From Octopus vulgaris (taxonomy: Eukaryota), in contig OX597830.1 in assembly GCA_951406725.2 (NCBI GenBank), positions 55,862,001 through 55,926,000 on the forward strand: a DNA stretch of 64,000 nucleotides, in the 5' to 3' direction. Positions within the stretch are counted from its first letter, which is position 1. Every line of letters starts with the position of its first letter. Below are positions 40,409 through 54,079 of this stretch, piece after piece. Made by a program: the position numbers and the translations under genes. The notes under the pieces were generated by a model. The model worked only from the letters and a program-made list of their open reading frames with translations. It was not told where the DNA came from and made no database searches.

Positions 40409-40885
40409 GCACACAAACACACATATTTAGATACACAGAGTCACACACACACACACACCCTTTCATTAAAGTGTTTCAAAACTTTTGTGCCATCCCCATA
40501 TCCCCCACCCACTTTTACTTCAAACAGGAATCTTTTCTCATCGAATAGAATTAGTAAAAGTTTTGCACACAACACCAAAGTAACCACACCACACATATAG
40601 TGTGGTGTGCACACTCACACACCACGCACACACACACACACCTACACACAAACACCCTCTTATTACAGAGGTACAGAATTCTGAGGGAACATTTCTGAAA
40701 GAACACATATTCAAGAACAACTAAAGAAGACACACAGTTCTGGAGTAGCTTTGGATTTGATTTGTAAGTTTAATTTAATCCAAGACAAAATTTGCATAAA
40801 CAGAAACAAACAGACAAAAGCAAAAACAAAAAAAAAAAACAAGAAAAAGGAAAAACTCAAATTTTTATACTTAAGTACACACACA

Positions 40886-40942
<57 letters not shown>

Positions 40943-41066
40943 TGTATTTTCTTGAGAATAAGTAGCATCCATAGGTTAATGTTAAATCAAGTATAAAATA
41001 ATACAACTTACACACAACTAACTACAGTATACATACATACACACACACACATATATATATAAATAT

Positions 41067-41099
<33 letters not shown>

Positions 41100-41537
41100 A
41101 TTTTAAAATAGGATAAAATCTTTATAAGAATTTATCAACCTTTACAAAAATTTACTGAATTCATTACTGAGCCGGTGTATATATATATATATATATATAT
41201 ACATACAAGCCCAAAGGCATATAAGAATTGTTTCAAAGTCTAGTTTCATTCCCCCACCACCATCTATAAACAAATCAAAAAAAAAAAAAGGATGGGTACT
41301 AAAACCTTGAAGAAAAGGTGAAGAAAGTAAAATCAGTAAACCAGAAGGACTTAACACTGATTGATACCAGGTAAGAGACATGATCTCTTAAATTATCACA
41401 CCATTAATCTTATATCTGTAAATCTTACATAGTAGTGTTTCATAAATACTGGTTATCTTTTTGCTACTGAGAATCACCCCAACATCCACGTGGGTATAAA
41501 CATGCATATGCAAAGGCACACGCACATAAGAGTCATA

Positions 41538-41583
<46 letters not shown>

Positions 41584-41971
41584 TCCAATCATATTGTTTC
41601 ACTTCAAATATTTCAGTTATCTTATCTAGCAAGCACATGTGTGTGTAGAGGTGGGTAAGTATGCATGCATGGACGAGTGTACCCAAGTACGTGAAGGGGG
41701 AGCATAAATATGTTACAAATAATAAAAGGTATATATGTATGAGTGTGTATATATACATACATACATAGAGAGAGAGAAAGAGAGAGAGAGAGAGATAATG
41801 ATGCAAATAAACAACTGAAACTGCTTGGACTAGCTATACAAAATATACATACATACAAACATGTATGTATACAAACATACATACATATAAATATGTAAAT
41901 AGAGAGGAAATAAAAGCTGAAAATATTCAGATGATGAACACTCATGTATAAATATAATGATATTTATATAT

Positions 41972-42388
41972 TTATTTCTTTACTGCCCATGGGTTGGGGC
42001 TAAACATAGAGGGGGCAAACAACGACAGACAAAGGGATTAAGTCGATTACATAGACCCCAGTGTGTAACTGGTACTTATTTAATCGACCGCAAAAGGATG
42101 AAAGGCAAAGATGACCTCAGTGGAATTTGAACTCAGAGCATAACGACAAAATACCTATTTCTTTACTATTCACAAGGGTCTAAACACAGAGGGGACAAAC
42201 AAGGACAGACAAAGGGATTAAGTCGATTACATCGACCCCAGTGTGTAACTGGTACTTATTTAATCGACCGCAAAAGGATGAAAGGCAAAGATGACCTCAG
42301 TGGAATTTGAACTCAGAACATAGCCAGACAAAATACCACTATGCATTTCACCCGACATGCTAATGATTCTGCCAGCTTGCCGCTCTTA
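41972..42388 (-). mobile_element. SINE family B tandem dimer (180-bp period)
   Basis: 42001-42150 is repeated at 42181-42330. Confidence 0.88.
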
Positions 42389-43146
42389 AGATATTTATAT
42401 ATTAACAGAGCAAGCTTGTACAGAGTACAAAGACACAGAAAATTAAGAGGAGAAAGTATAGCATTACAGGTCCAACAACTGTTTCTGGATTTATTAAATT
42501 ATTTTATAATGTTGGCAGATGTAGTTCACAAAATGTGATGGATATACAACCAATAGTGGAATCATATAAACATTAGTTAGATTCAGCCTATGTCTTCAGG
42601 GTGGAGGGATAGGTATCTCTGTGTCTTTGTACCCTGTGTAAGTTTACTCTGTTAATAAATAAATATCTACATATTTATACATGAATACTCATCATCGGAA
42701 TATTTTCAGTTTTTATTTTCTCTCTGTTTACATGTTTCTATATATGTACCACTCTTTCGTTCTACAGACCTAGTCCTCAGTAAAGATTTTAGAGTGTAAG
42801 TTCAAATCATCTGAACGCTAAGTGTTTGCTATATTGAGTATTTCTGGATCTCATCTGTTGACTAAATATATATACGTTTGTACATATACATACATACACA
42901 TATGCATACATATATACTATACACACACATATATATGCATATATACTTATATATATACAAGACATGTCACTAAAGAAAATTACATTTATTTATAGACATC
43001 TCTATCTATCTATCTATAAACTTTTAATACTTTTGATATAATAATAAAAAATTTTTTTTAAAAAAATAATAATAATAATAATAAAAAATATAAAAAATAA
43101 AAAAATAAATTAATTAATTAAATAATATATAATATATAAAAATATA

Positions 43147-43190
<44 letters not shown>

Positions 43191-43514
43191 ATATATATAT
43201 AAAATTTATAAATTTTGAATAATTTTTTATTTTTAACTTTTATATTTTAAATGAATTTTATGTATTGGCTTATGTTTTTCACTGTTTGATTTGCCTAATA
43301 GTGGTTTTATCTCTAATTTAATATAATATAATATAATATATTTATACTATAAAATTGGATTTAATCCTAAATCTCATTTTTCCCTGTAAGTTTGGATTTA
43401 TTCCCTAATATTATTATAATATATATATATATATATATAAACATAGACATCTCTCTCTCTCATATATGTATGTATATATATATATCTAATATGTGTGTGT
43501 ATGTATGTATTCAC

Positions 43515-43545
<31 letters not shown>

Positions 43546-43894
43546 TATGTATACATATATAAATATACATGCATATACATAAACATACATATATACATAA
43601 ATAAATTAAAATAAAAAATGGAAAAGCAAAACATTCGGCATCACTCAAAAAAACATGTAACTTAGATTGGGAATATAAACATAGTCTCCTACAGCTGTTT
43701 CCTAGAATAGCCAAGCATGCGAATTAGGATATTGAGTAACAATTCCATAAGATCATTTGGAGTGAAATATATGTGTGTTCCATATTACCATAATCGAATA
43801 AATAATAGATTTGTAGGTAAGGTCCATATAAGATAAAGTATGTACATGAGCATCTATGTTTCAAATACAGATACCCAAGCATATATACATATAT

Positions 43895-44665
43895 TCTTTT
43901 ATTCTTTTACTTGTTTCACTCACTTGATTGTGGCCATGCTGAAGCACCGCCTTTAGATGAACAAATAAACTCCAGGACCTATTCTTTGTAAGCTTAGTAC
44001 TTATACTATCGTTCTCTTTTGCTGAACCACTAAGTTACAAGGATGTAAACACACCAGCATCAGTTGTCAAGCGATGGTAGGGAGACAAACACAAACACAT
44101 GCAAACACACACACACATATATATATATACATATATATATGAGGTAAAGACCCCCTTCGGTCATGAATGACCATGGGATTGCACCTAGAAAGTTACCCTC
44201 CTAGACACAAGTCCGGGCAAGGTTGTTTATGGAAGACCAGCAGTCGCCCATGCATACCAGCTTCCCCTCTCCACGCCACCAGTGTTATCCAAGGGAATGA
44301 CAAAGGCCGACACAGCTTGGCACCAGTGACGTTGCAACTCATTTCTACAGCTGAGTGAACTGGAGCAACGTGAAATAAAGTGCCTTGCTCAAGAACACAA
44401 CACGCAGCCCGGTCCGGGATTCGAGCTCACAACCTCACAATTGTAAGCTCGACGCTCTAACCACTGAGCCATGCGCCTTCACATATATATATATATATAT
44501 ACAATGAGCTTCTTTCAGTTTCCATCTACCAAATCCACTCACAAGGCTTTGGTCAGCCCGAGGCTATAGCAGAAGACACTTGCCCAAGGTGCCTCGCAGT
44601 AGGACTGAACCTGGAACCATGTGGTTGGTAAGCGAGCTAACCCTTACCACACAGCCACTCCTGCA
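43895..44665 (-). mobile_element. SINE family A split by a nested SINE
   Basis: The 3' half (43895-44130) and 5' half (44490-44665) flank the family C insertion, which lies in the central TA tract. Confidence 0.8.
44141..44480 (-). mobile_element. tRNA-derived SINE family C (CORE-like domain), full length
   Basis: Minus strand ggcgcaTGGCTCAGTGGttagagcg...gagCTCGAATCCcgg (A and B boxes), then gttcttgagcaaggcactttatttcacgttgctccagttcactcagctg. Related heads at ~46335 and ~58400. Confidence 0.8.
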
Positions 44666-46834
44666 CTTATATATGTGTGTATGTATATAGACACATACAC
44701 ACACACAGATAACACAAAACACTTTATGCTCACCAAAAAACAGGATAGATAGTAGATTGAAAATGCTATATCTCTCCCAAATGAGGAATGTAGGAGGCAA
44801 CGTAGACTAGTGACTAGTGACTTAAGAATAGGAGATGGAAAGCAATGACATAGGACAATTCAGAAAAGGAAGGCATGGAAACTGAAAGGTTTCTTTGTTG
44901 GACATATGTTCAGACAGATCCTTAGTGAAGCATATGCAGTGAGGGAAAAGATAATCATCATCATCATTATTTAACTTCCCCTTTCCATGCTGGTATGGGT
45001 TGGATGGCGACCCGACTGCTTTGGCAAGATTTCTATGGCTGAATGCCCTTCCTAACACCAAACCCGTATATAGACTAACAAGGTACTTGTATGTTAATAA
45101 ATGCACTTTCACACTTTCATACAGTAGACCTGAATTAGCTTAATTACATAATTACATAATCAGTTTACCTAATTGTATAGATAAATAACTGGAACCTCCC
45201 CATCCTTATAAACATCCCACCACACAAGTTACCCACATCACTGTGATACCGCTTGGCCCTTGTATACTCCTTAAAGAGAGATAAATACCAACTTGTGCCT
45301 GTCCATACATATCTTTATCTGAGAGATGAAAACACAACAAACTTACAAGTAACTACACAGGATATCCTAACTTTTGCTTTGATGCTCTCTACAGGCTATC
45401 AGTTGTTTGATAAGCCGTTCATTCAAAAAACACCCATCTACTCTACACACCATTGTGAACTGCATATACATGAAATTATGGACTGCAGATGCAATCAATA
45501 TGCATAAAGGGACAATATAGTCAGAGACTACACTATGTACAAGGAATTCTTGTTGTGAAGTTGACTGGTGTCATTTAGTTGTTTCATTATAATTATATTG
45601 TGTAATCTGATCTAGCTGTAGAAACACTGCCAGATCAGACCGGAGCCTGGTGCAGCCTTCTGGCTTCCCAGATCCCTGGTCTAACCGTCCAACCCATGCT
45701 AGCATGGAGAACGGACGTTAAACGATGATGATGATGATGATGTGATACGTAACATTCTTGTGTCTGTGTGTCCAATTTATCCATGTGTACTTACATGGCT
45801 ACGTATCCACACCCAATTGTATATATGTATGTGCCTATTCTTATACACATATACAGATGTGGAAGTACCTATGTACAGAAATGTGTTAAAGTGTATCAAT
45901 CCACAAAGATGTACCTATGGACATATGTTAATGTGTCTATGTATACATAGCGTGGCTGTGTGGTAAGAAGCTTGCTTCCCAACCACATGGGTCTGGGTTC
46001 AGTCCCACTATTTGGCACCTTATATATATATATATAATTCTTGTGTTGTTGACATTAACAAGTCATCCAAATTGCAGTCCTTTAAGCTCTCAATTTCTTT
46101 TATAAATTCTTCTCTCGACTTTTCTCACTCTTAGAGAACAAGTAATAGTGATTTCTCCTAAGAAGGCCTCTTATTCCTCAATATTCCCACGTTTTTGATG
46201 TCATACAATACTACAATGCACCTACCTTAAATAGGCTCTCACCAATGGGAAATATTCTTAATTTAGCTTTCATTCATTATCTGGCAACTTTTGTTAGTTT
46301 CAGTTACCTGTTAGTCAAAGGTATGAAAGTACACAACCAGTGGTTAAGGTGTTACGCTCACAATTGTACAATCACAGTTTCAATTCCTGAACCAAGTGGT
46401 ATGTTGTGCTCTTGGGCTAAACACATCATCTCATGTTACTCCAGACCACCTAGGTGTGAATGGGTTCCAACAATTCATCCCGCAACAGAATGGCATCCCC
46501 ATTCAGTAGCAGGGGTTTCTCAGTCACTTATATGCCATGGAAACCAATTTGAGTCCTGAGACTTTATGAGTCTCAGGACTCGTGATTGAGCAAAATCTGA
46601 GTCTCACAAAAGTAATTGCTAATTGCCTACGTTCGTTAGATTTTCTCTGTGTAAGTATGTATGTGTGTATGTGTGTGTGTGTGTGTGTGTGTTTTCATCT
46701 GTTAATATATTTGCATAGGCAAAGCATCAAGCTGGCAGAATTAGTTAGCATGCTGAAAGAAATGCTTAGCAGCATTGTGCTTGTCTTCTGAGTTCAAATC
46801 CTGGTGAAGTTGACTTTGCCTTTCATCCTTTTAA

Positions 46835-47055
46835 CCCTTTCATTACCGTATTTATTTTCAGATGCTCTGTGTTTCTTTCAATTATTTTAAATATGACAAA
46901 GAATTTAGAAAAATAACTTAGCTACCATTTAGCTAATGTCAGAAACATAAATTGTGACAAAGGTTTGGTGGAAGATTTTAATTCAAAACTTAAGAAAACA
47001 AGACATTTGTACTAGAGAGCCAGAGGCAGTTTCAGCCGGGTTGATAACGAAAGGG
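46835..47055. mobile_element. piggyBac-type MITE inserted in a family B-like SINE
   Basis: TTAA TSD at 46831 and 47056; TIRs ccctttcattac / ataacgaaaggg. The host SINE resumes gggtcaataaaataa. Confidence 0.82.
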
Positions 47056-47498
47056 TTAAGGGTCAATAAAATAATTACCAGTTGAATACTGATGTCGATG
47101 TAACCGACTTAACCTCTCCCTAAAATTGCTGGCCCTGTGCCAAAATCTATAACCGATATATTTATACGGGCATACGTGTGCAAATATGTCTAAATACAGG
47201 TGTGCGTGTGTATAAGTGTTTTTGAGACATGCTTACATGTTCATATGAGTTTGTGGGTGGGTGTATGTGTGAACGTATGTACACATTTATGGGATAAGCA
47301 AATGTGTGTATGAGCATTAATACATTGTATATTTCTTTTGTATCTCTGTGTCCAACTTACTTGCAAACAACTCCTATACGTATGTATATATATATATATA
47401 TATAAAAGTACAAAGTGAGATAGAGGTTATGAGTGATGATTGAAAGAAATTTATTCCTCTATTTTCTTATTTTGTATTTATATATATATATATTTATG

Positions 47499-47530
<32 letters not shown>

Positions 47531-48588
47531 TACACACAGATATATATATATATATATACAAATCAACATCAGTGGAAATTGCAGCTGTGGTTAAGCGAAC
47601 CATCCGATCGTTTGTCCGTTGCCAGCCTCACCTGGCCCCCATGCTGGTAGCACGTAAAAGTACCATCTGTTCGTGTTCATTGCCAGCCTCGCCTGGCCCC
47701 CGTGCCGGTGGCACGTAAAAACACCATCCGTTCGTGGCCGTTTGCCAGCTCTGTCTGGCACCTGTGCAGGTGGCACGTAAAAAGCACCCACTACACTCAG
47801 GAGCGGTTGGCATTAGGAAGGGCATCCAGCCATAGAAACACTGCCAAATCTGACTGGGCCTGATGAAGCCTTCCGGCTTCACAGACCCCAGTTAAACCAT
47901 CCAACCCATGCTAGCATGGAAAACGGACGCTAAATGATGATGATGATGATGATACACATACAAACACAGATATATATATATTTGCATTTAAACACAATAA
48001 TATACCCCCGAAATGGCCATAGGGAATTTAGTAAATATGGTTTCCTCTTTTTTAACTATAAGGCCTCTCTTATTCGATAAGTAATTTTATAAGACTTTCT
48101 AAACGATGAACCTTTATTTTATTTTACATTATATATTATATATTTTTATTTGATTCCTCTATTTATATATTTTTATATACCTATATATTTATATATTACT
48201 TTATACTATATTTTTACGTCTTACCTTCTAGGTGTTGTAATGGTTTTTTTTTTTTTAAATATATTTTTCTTAATCGCTAAAGTATTAACTTTTTACCGTG
48301 ATGAACTGTAATCACATATATTCAAACATTTTTTCTCGCACTTTCTTATATGCTTGTATAGATGAATTATATTCCATCTTCCGTGATGTCTAAATGTATA
48401 TTCTATGATTAAATGTTCGAGTTATGAAATGTTATTGGATGACCTTGCATTTGTTTGTTTATTAACTTTAGTTTGATATTTGCATATATACATACATATG
48501 CATGTATATATACATATAGATACATAAATAGACATAAATATATGCATGTATATACGCATACATGTGTGTGTGCATGTACATATATATA

Positions 48589-49442
48589 TAGGGTGCAATG
48601 AGTAAATTGCTGCCATTACACATCTTTAATTTCATGCTTCCACATTGTTTTTGATTTTGCTGACTACACAGTATAGTAGGGTCAGTTGGGCACCATCTGT
48701 GAAAAAAACAGTACCATAATGCAATTCACTCAGCCATTTAGAACAACATACTGTACTGCTGGGCAGTTGTGCCAGAAGCTCCAATAAGAACATTTCAGAG
48801 TGTCTGGGTGTCAATCTGAGGACATGTACCGAGAGTGATAAAAATCAAACATCCAGTCAACATCATAGTGTTTGGAGTGACCACTAGTGATGATGTTATG
48901 CCTCTATTCATCTTCCCACACAGCCTCAGACTCAACATGGAGGCCCACATCAAGTGCCTGGAGGAGATAGTGCTGCTCTGGGTCAAGAGGGTGGCTACCG
49001 GAAGACTCTATGTCTGGCAACTGGACTCTGCACCATGCGACACAAGCAGGAGAACCTAGTCATGGCTGTCAGACAATTTCTGCAACCACATCACCCCTAA
49101 CATCTGGCCACCCAACTCCCCAGACTCCAACCCCCTTGATTATTAAGTGTAGGATGCAGTTCAGTGAGAGACCAACAAAACTCCTTGTAACACCAAAGAT
49201 GAATTGAAGGCAAGGATTATGGTAGCATTCACCAACTTAAACAAGGAGACCATCCAGAAGAGTTTCCAAAATTGTCTGGAGACCTTGGTTGAAGCCAATG
49301 GTGATTTTATTGAAAAAATGTTTCTTTAATATTTCAAGATTTTTTATGTAATATATATTTTGTAAATATATCTGTTAAAATGAGATGTCAGTGTTAGTTT
49401 CATTTTTGCATAATTTAGACAGTTTATTCACTGCAACCTGTA
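48589..49442 (+). mobile_element. DD37D (maT) internally deleted element with both TIRs
   Basis: KHPVNIIVFGVTTSDDVMPLFIFP...WQLDSAPCDTSRR...WPPNSPDSNPLDY. TIRs agggtgcaatgagtaaatt / agtttattcactgcaacctg, TA flanks. Confidence 0.85.
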
Positions 49443-49933
49443 TATAAGAGAAAATGAGATGACAAAGAAATAAACTATTATCATATGAACTTCATAAGCT
49501 TAAAGCTGTATCTGCTATAAGATGCAGTGAACTCATAGTTGAGTAAATGAGTTACATAAGGTACTACTCAGACACTCAACTATGGGATACACCTAGGGAT
49601 AGGGGGATACACCAGACTCCAGTCTGATTTGGCATGGTGGGTGCCCTTCCTAATGTCAACCACATTACAGAGTGTGCTGGATGCTTTTGTGTGGCACTGC
49701 ATGGGCACTTTTACGTGTCGCCACACAGGAGCTTTTACATGCCGCTGCACAGGCACTTCTAAGTGGGACTACACAGGCGCTTTTACATGGCACCGCCATG
49801 AGTGCTTTACACCACCCGAGGATAAGTCTCAACACTTCTGCTGCAGGGTATAGGGTACGGGTCTTCTTGAATACAGCCAGGTACCAGGTATCTCGAGCTT
49901 GCCTGAAAGGTTCAGCTTCCTGAGATTATTCTT

Positions 49934-49982
<49 letters not shown>

Positions 49983-50461
49983 GAAGAACAAACACAATAA
50001 AACAACAACGCGAGGACATGGCACATGTAAAGTATTAGCAGACGCTCGGAGAAGGAAAGAAAGTTGAAATTTATAGAAAAACAAAAGACAAAGACGGGTG
50101 TATGAACAACAAGCAAGTGTATTAGTTTGACGCTCAAGAAAATGGAAAAGTCTTTTATGGTTTGAGCCTATGTTCTTCAACAGAAAGGAATCAGAGAAAA
50201 TTAAATGTAGGTGGCACGTAAAAAGCACCCACTACACTTATGGAGTGGTTGGCGTTACAAAGGGCATCCAGCTGTAGAAACACTGCCAGATCAGACTGGT
50301 GCAGCCTCCTGGCTTCTCAGACCGAGGTCGAACCGTCCAACCCATGCTAGCATGGAAAGCGGACGTTAAATGATGACGATGAAAACAGAGAGAATAAAAA
50401 AACTTGTAGATATCAGCAATCCAGCATGGTGAATGATATATATCATTTAACATCCATCTCT

Positions 50462-50516
<55 letters not shown>

Positions 50517-51129
50517 ATACAATTTGTTACAAACCTCAGCGAAAGGAATTTTTCATTTCAATAGAGATGGTAAACTAAAGAGTCAAAGGTTTAAGAAAGA
50601 ACATAAGCACACTGATCAGTGGACAGGTAGGTGAATGGAAAAGCTAGGAAAGGAGTGGAGAAGGAAATAAAATAAATTTTTAAATTGATGTGAATGTTTA
50701 TTAGATATAGGTCACTCTAAGGTTAAGCTAAAGACAATAGCTTAGTGTAGTTCCGGCTAGCTTGTAAATGGATGGAATTTTACAACGTTTTTATTCTAAA
50801 GCAGTGCAAAAAGTCACATTGAATTTATGTGAGAAAAATTAACTTCCAAAATAAGTTTGCATGTGCATGTGTACTTGTGTGTGTAGATGCCAGGTTTTTA
50901 AATAAATATATGTCTGCTGACAGAAGGAAAAGGCTACTATAAGTTTCATCAACATCATAATCATCATCATCATTTAATGTCCATTTTCCATGCTGGCATG
51001 GGTTAAGTGGTTTGACAGGAGTTGGCCATGCTCTAATTTTCTGTTTTGGCATGGTTTCTATGGCTGGATGCCATTCCTAATGTCAACGCCACTTTACAGA
51101 GTGTACAGGGTGCTTGTTATGAGACACTG

Positions 51130-51510
51130 GCATTGGGGCATTTTACATTGCACCGACACAGGTGCTTTTTATATGACCCCAAACGAGTGCTTTTCTGTAC
51201 AGCACTGGTACAGATGCTTTTTACATGGCACCAACACAGGTGCCTTTGACATGGCACCAACACAGGTACTTTTTGTGTGGCACCAACACAGGTGCCTTTT
51301 ACTTGGCACCAACACAGTTGTTTTTTACATGGCACCAACATAGGTGCTTTCTATGTGGCACCAACACAGATGTCTTTTATGTGACACCAACACAGTTGTT
51401 TTTTACATGGCACCAACATAGGTGCTTTCTATGTAACACCAACACAGATGTGTTTTACGAGGCAATGACATGGGTTCTTTTTACATGGCACCAGCACAGG
51501 TGCTTTTTAC
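51130..51510. repeat. ~26-bp minisatellite expanded inside an RTE-tail copy
   Basis: Roughly 14 units of tttttacatggcaccaacacaggtgc. Shorter expansions at ~49690-49800 and ~57340-57460. Confidence 0.8.
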
Positions 51511-51710
51511 TATAAGTTTATATCTATAAATTCTCTGTAGGTGCACACATGGCTGCATGGTTAAGGAGTTAGTGTTGCAACCATGTGGTTTCAGGTTTAG
51601 TCCAACTGCATGCCACCATGAGCAAGTGTCTTCTACTATAGTTCCCGACTGGCCAATGCCTTCTGAGTGAATTTGATAGACAGAAACCATGCGGAAGCCA
51701 ACCAGGTGTA

Positions 51711-51772
<62 letters not shown>

Positions 51773-51923
51773 CGCGTGCGTGAGGTAAGAAGCTTGCCTC
51801 CCAACCACATGGTTCCAGGTTCAGTCCCACTGTGTGACCCCTTGGCAAGTGTCTTCTACTATGACCTTGGGCTGACCAAAGTCTTGTGAGTGGATTTGAT
51901 AGATAGAAACTGAAAGAAGCCTG

Positions 51924-51971
<48 letters not shown>

Positions 51972-53054
51972 TCTCTCTCTCCATGATAAGTTAACAACCT
52001 GTAACAGAACATGAGTACTGAACTTTTTTTTTAATGAAAAATAAAAAAAAAACCTTTGTGCTCAGGTAATTTATTGAGAATGTTTCAGATGATTATAAAT
52101 TGAATTTTGGAAACAGAGAAAAACAAAAAAGAGAGAGAGTGAGAGTGAAAGAGAGATAACAGTGAAAAATATGTGTTGACTCTTACTAGATTCAACACGT
52201 TTACTGGTCTACTGTTACATACTGATAAATAGCTTATCAGCGACAATGTTACTAATGTACCGAGGGCAAAATTACTAATTGTTCATAGTGTCAAATAACT
52301 GATAAATTTCTCAGAAACAAACACGCAAAAAAACATCCATAAATTTTAGTACACAGGAAAATGTGTAAATTATGGTGGATTTGTTAATCATCATCATCAT
52401 TTAACGTCCGCTTTCCATGCTAGCATGGGTTGGACGATTTGACTGAGGGCTGGCGAACCAGACTCCAATCTGATCTGGCAGAGTTTCTACAGCTGAATGC
52501 CCTTCCGAAGGCCAATATAAAAACAAAATAAATCTTTTGTCATTTAACTTTCACTTGCTTCAGTCATTGGACTGCAGTCATTCTGGACACTGCCTCAAAG
52601 AGTTTAGTGGAATAAATCATCCCTGGTTCCTTTTCTTTTTCTTAAGTCTGGTTCTTATTCAGTCAGTCTCTTTTGCCAAATCCCTAATTTACAGGGATAC
52701 AAACAAAGTAACATGAGCTATAAAGCAGTATTGGAAGACAAACTCAAACACACACACACACACAATGACAGGCTTCCACAATGTTTCCATCAACCAAATT
52801 AACTGACAAAGCAGTGATCAGTCTGGAGTTATACATGCCTACATGGGAACAGCTTGCTTGAGATTACTCACTGTGGAATAATGTTGCACCGTCTGAACGT
52901 GGCAGATGCCAGCGCTGCCTGACTGGCATCCATGTCGGAGACACGTAAAAGCACCAACCGATCATGGCCGTTTGCCAGTCTCCTCTGGCCCTTGTGCCGG
53001 TGGCGTGTAAAAAGCACCAACCAATCGTGGCCGTGGCAAAGTTAGTCATTGTGG

Positions 53055-53494
53055 TGAATTTGAACTCAGAAAATATATTTCTTTACTACCCACAAGGGGC
53101 TAAACACAGAGGGGACAAACAAGGACAGACAAAGGGATTAAGTCGATTACATTGACCCCAGTGCGTAACTGGTACTTAATTTATCAACCCCGAAAGGATG
53201 AAAGGCAAAATCGACCTCGGCGGAATTTGAACTCAGAACGTAGCGGCAGACGAAATACCTATTTCTTTACTACCCACAAGGGGCTAAACACAGAGGGGAC
53301 AAACAATGACAGACAAAGGGATTAAGTCGATTACATCGACCCCAGTGCGTAACTGGTAGTTAATTTATTGACCCCGAAAGGATGAAAGGCAAAGTCGACC
53401 TCGGCGGAATTTGAACTCAGAACGTAACAGCAGACGAAATACGGCTACGCAGCATTTCGCCAGGCATGCTAACGTTTCTGCCAGCTCGCCGCCT
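53055..53494 (-). mobile_element. SINE family B tandem multimer
   Basis: Two complete ~184-bp units joined at gacgaaatac|ctatttctttactacc. Further family B copies at ~54820-55210, 56955-57182 and 59468-59693. Confidence 0.88.
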
Positions 53495-54048
53495 TCCAAC
53501 TCAGAAAATAAAGAGACATAACCACATCCTGTGAAACAGTGTATTGTTTAACACGATGAACAGATGTACTGACTATTTATTTTTACATTATTGTACTGAC
53601 CCTGTTACAAGGTTATATCTGTGATGTTTTGCCTTCAGGTTTCATGCATACATAATTCTGTGACATTCAAGTCACAACTACACATCATAACTTTTGTAAT
53701 AAACCTGATAGTAACTTAAGCAAATAAACAATGCAAATGAATAATAATAATAACAGTTTCTTTTGTTTGTCATCGTAGCATCAGGAGAGAGGATCATTAC
53801 AGGGACAGTTTATAATTTGTGTGGAGGGTTACATAAAAGATAGGGGGGAAAGGAGGGGGGTGCAGAGATGAAATAAAAAGTAAACATAATATACAAAGTC
53901 TGTGAATACATGAATGATGCAATTCTCCAGATACAGGAGAACCTCCAACAAAGACCAATCAATGAAACCTACAGAACCAGGATCACCCTGACCACCAAAG
54001 GCATGGGCCCTCACCCAACTGTTGTACTTCAATCTACAAGTGCATGCC

Positions 54049-54079
<31 letters not shown>

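Noticed and set aside
44410-44480. tRNA-like sequence
   Set aside because: It is a SINE head: it continues into a repeat body and I could not fold a complete cloverleaf.
52230-52240. TAGCTTATCAG identical to the 5' end of vertebrate miR-21
   Set aside because: Only an 11-nt match with no precursor hairpin, and miR-21 is not expected in molluscs.
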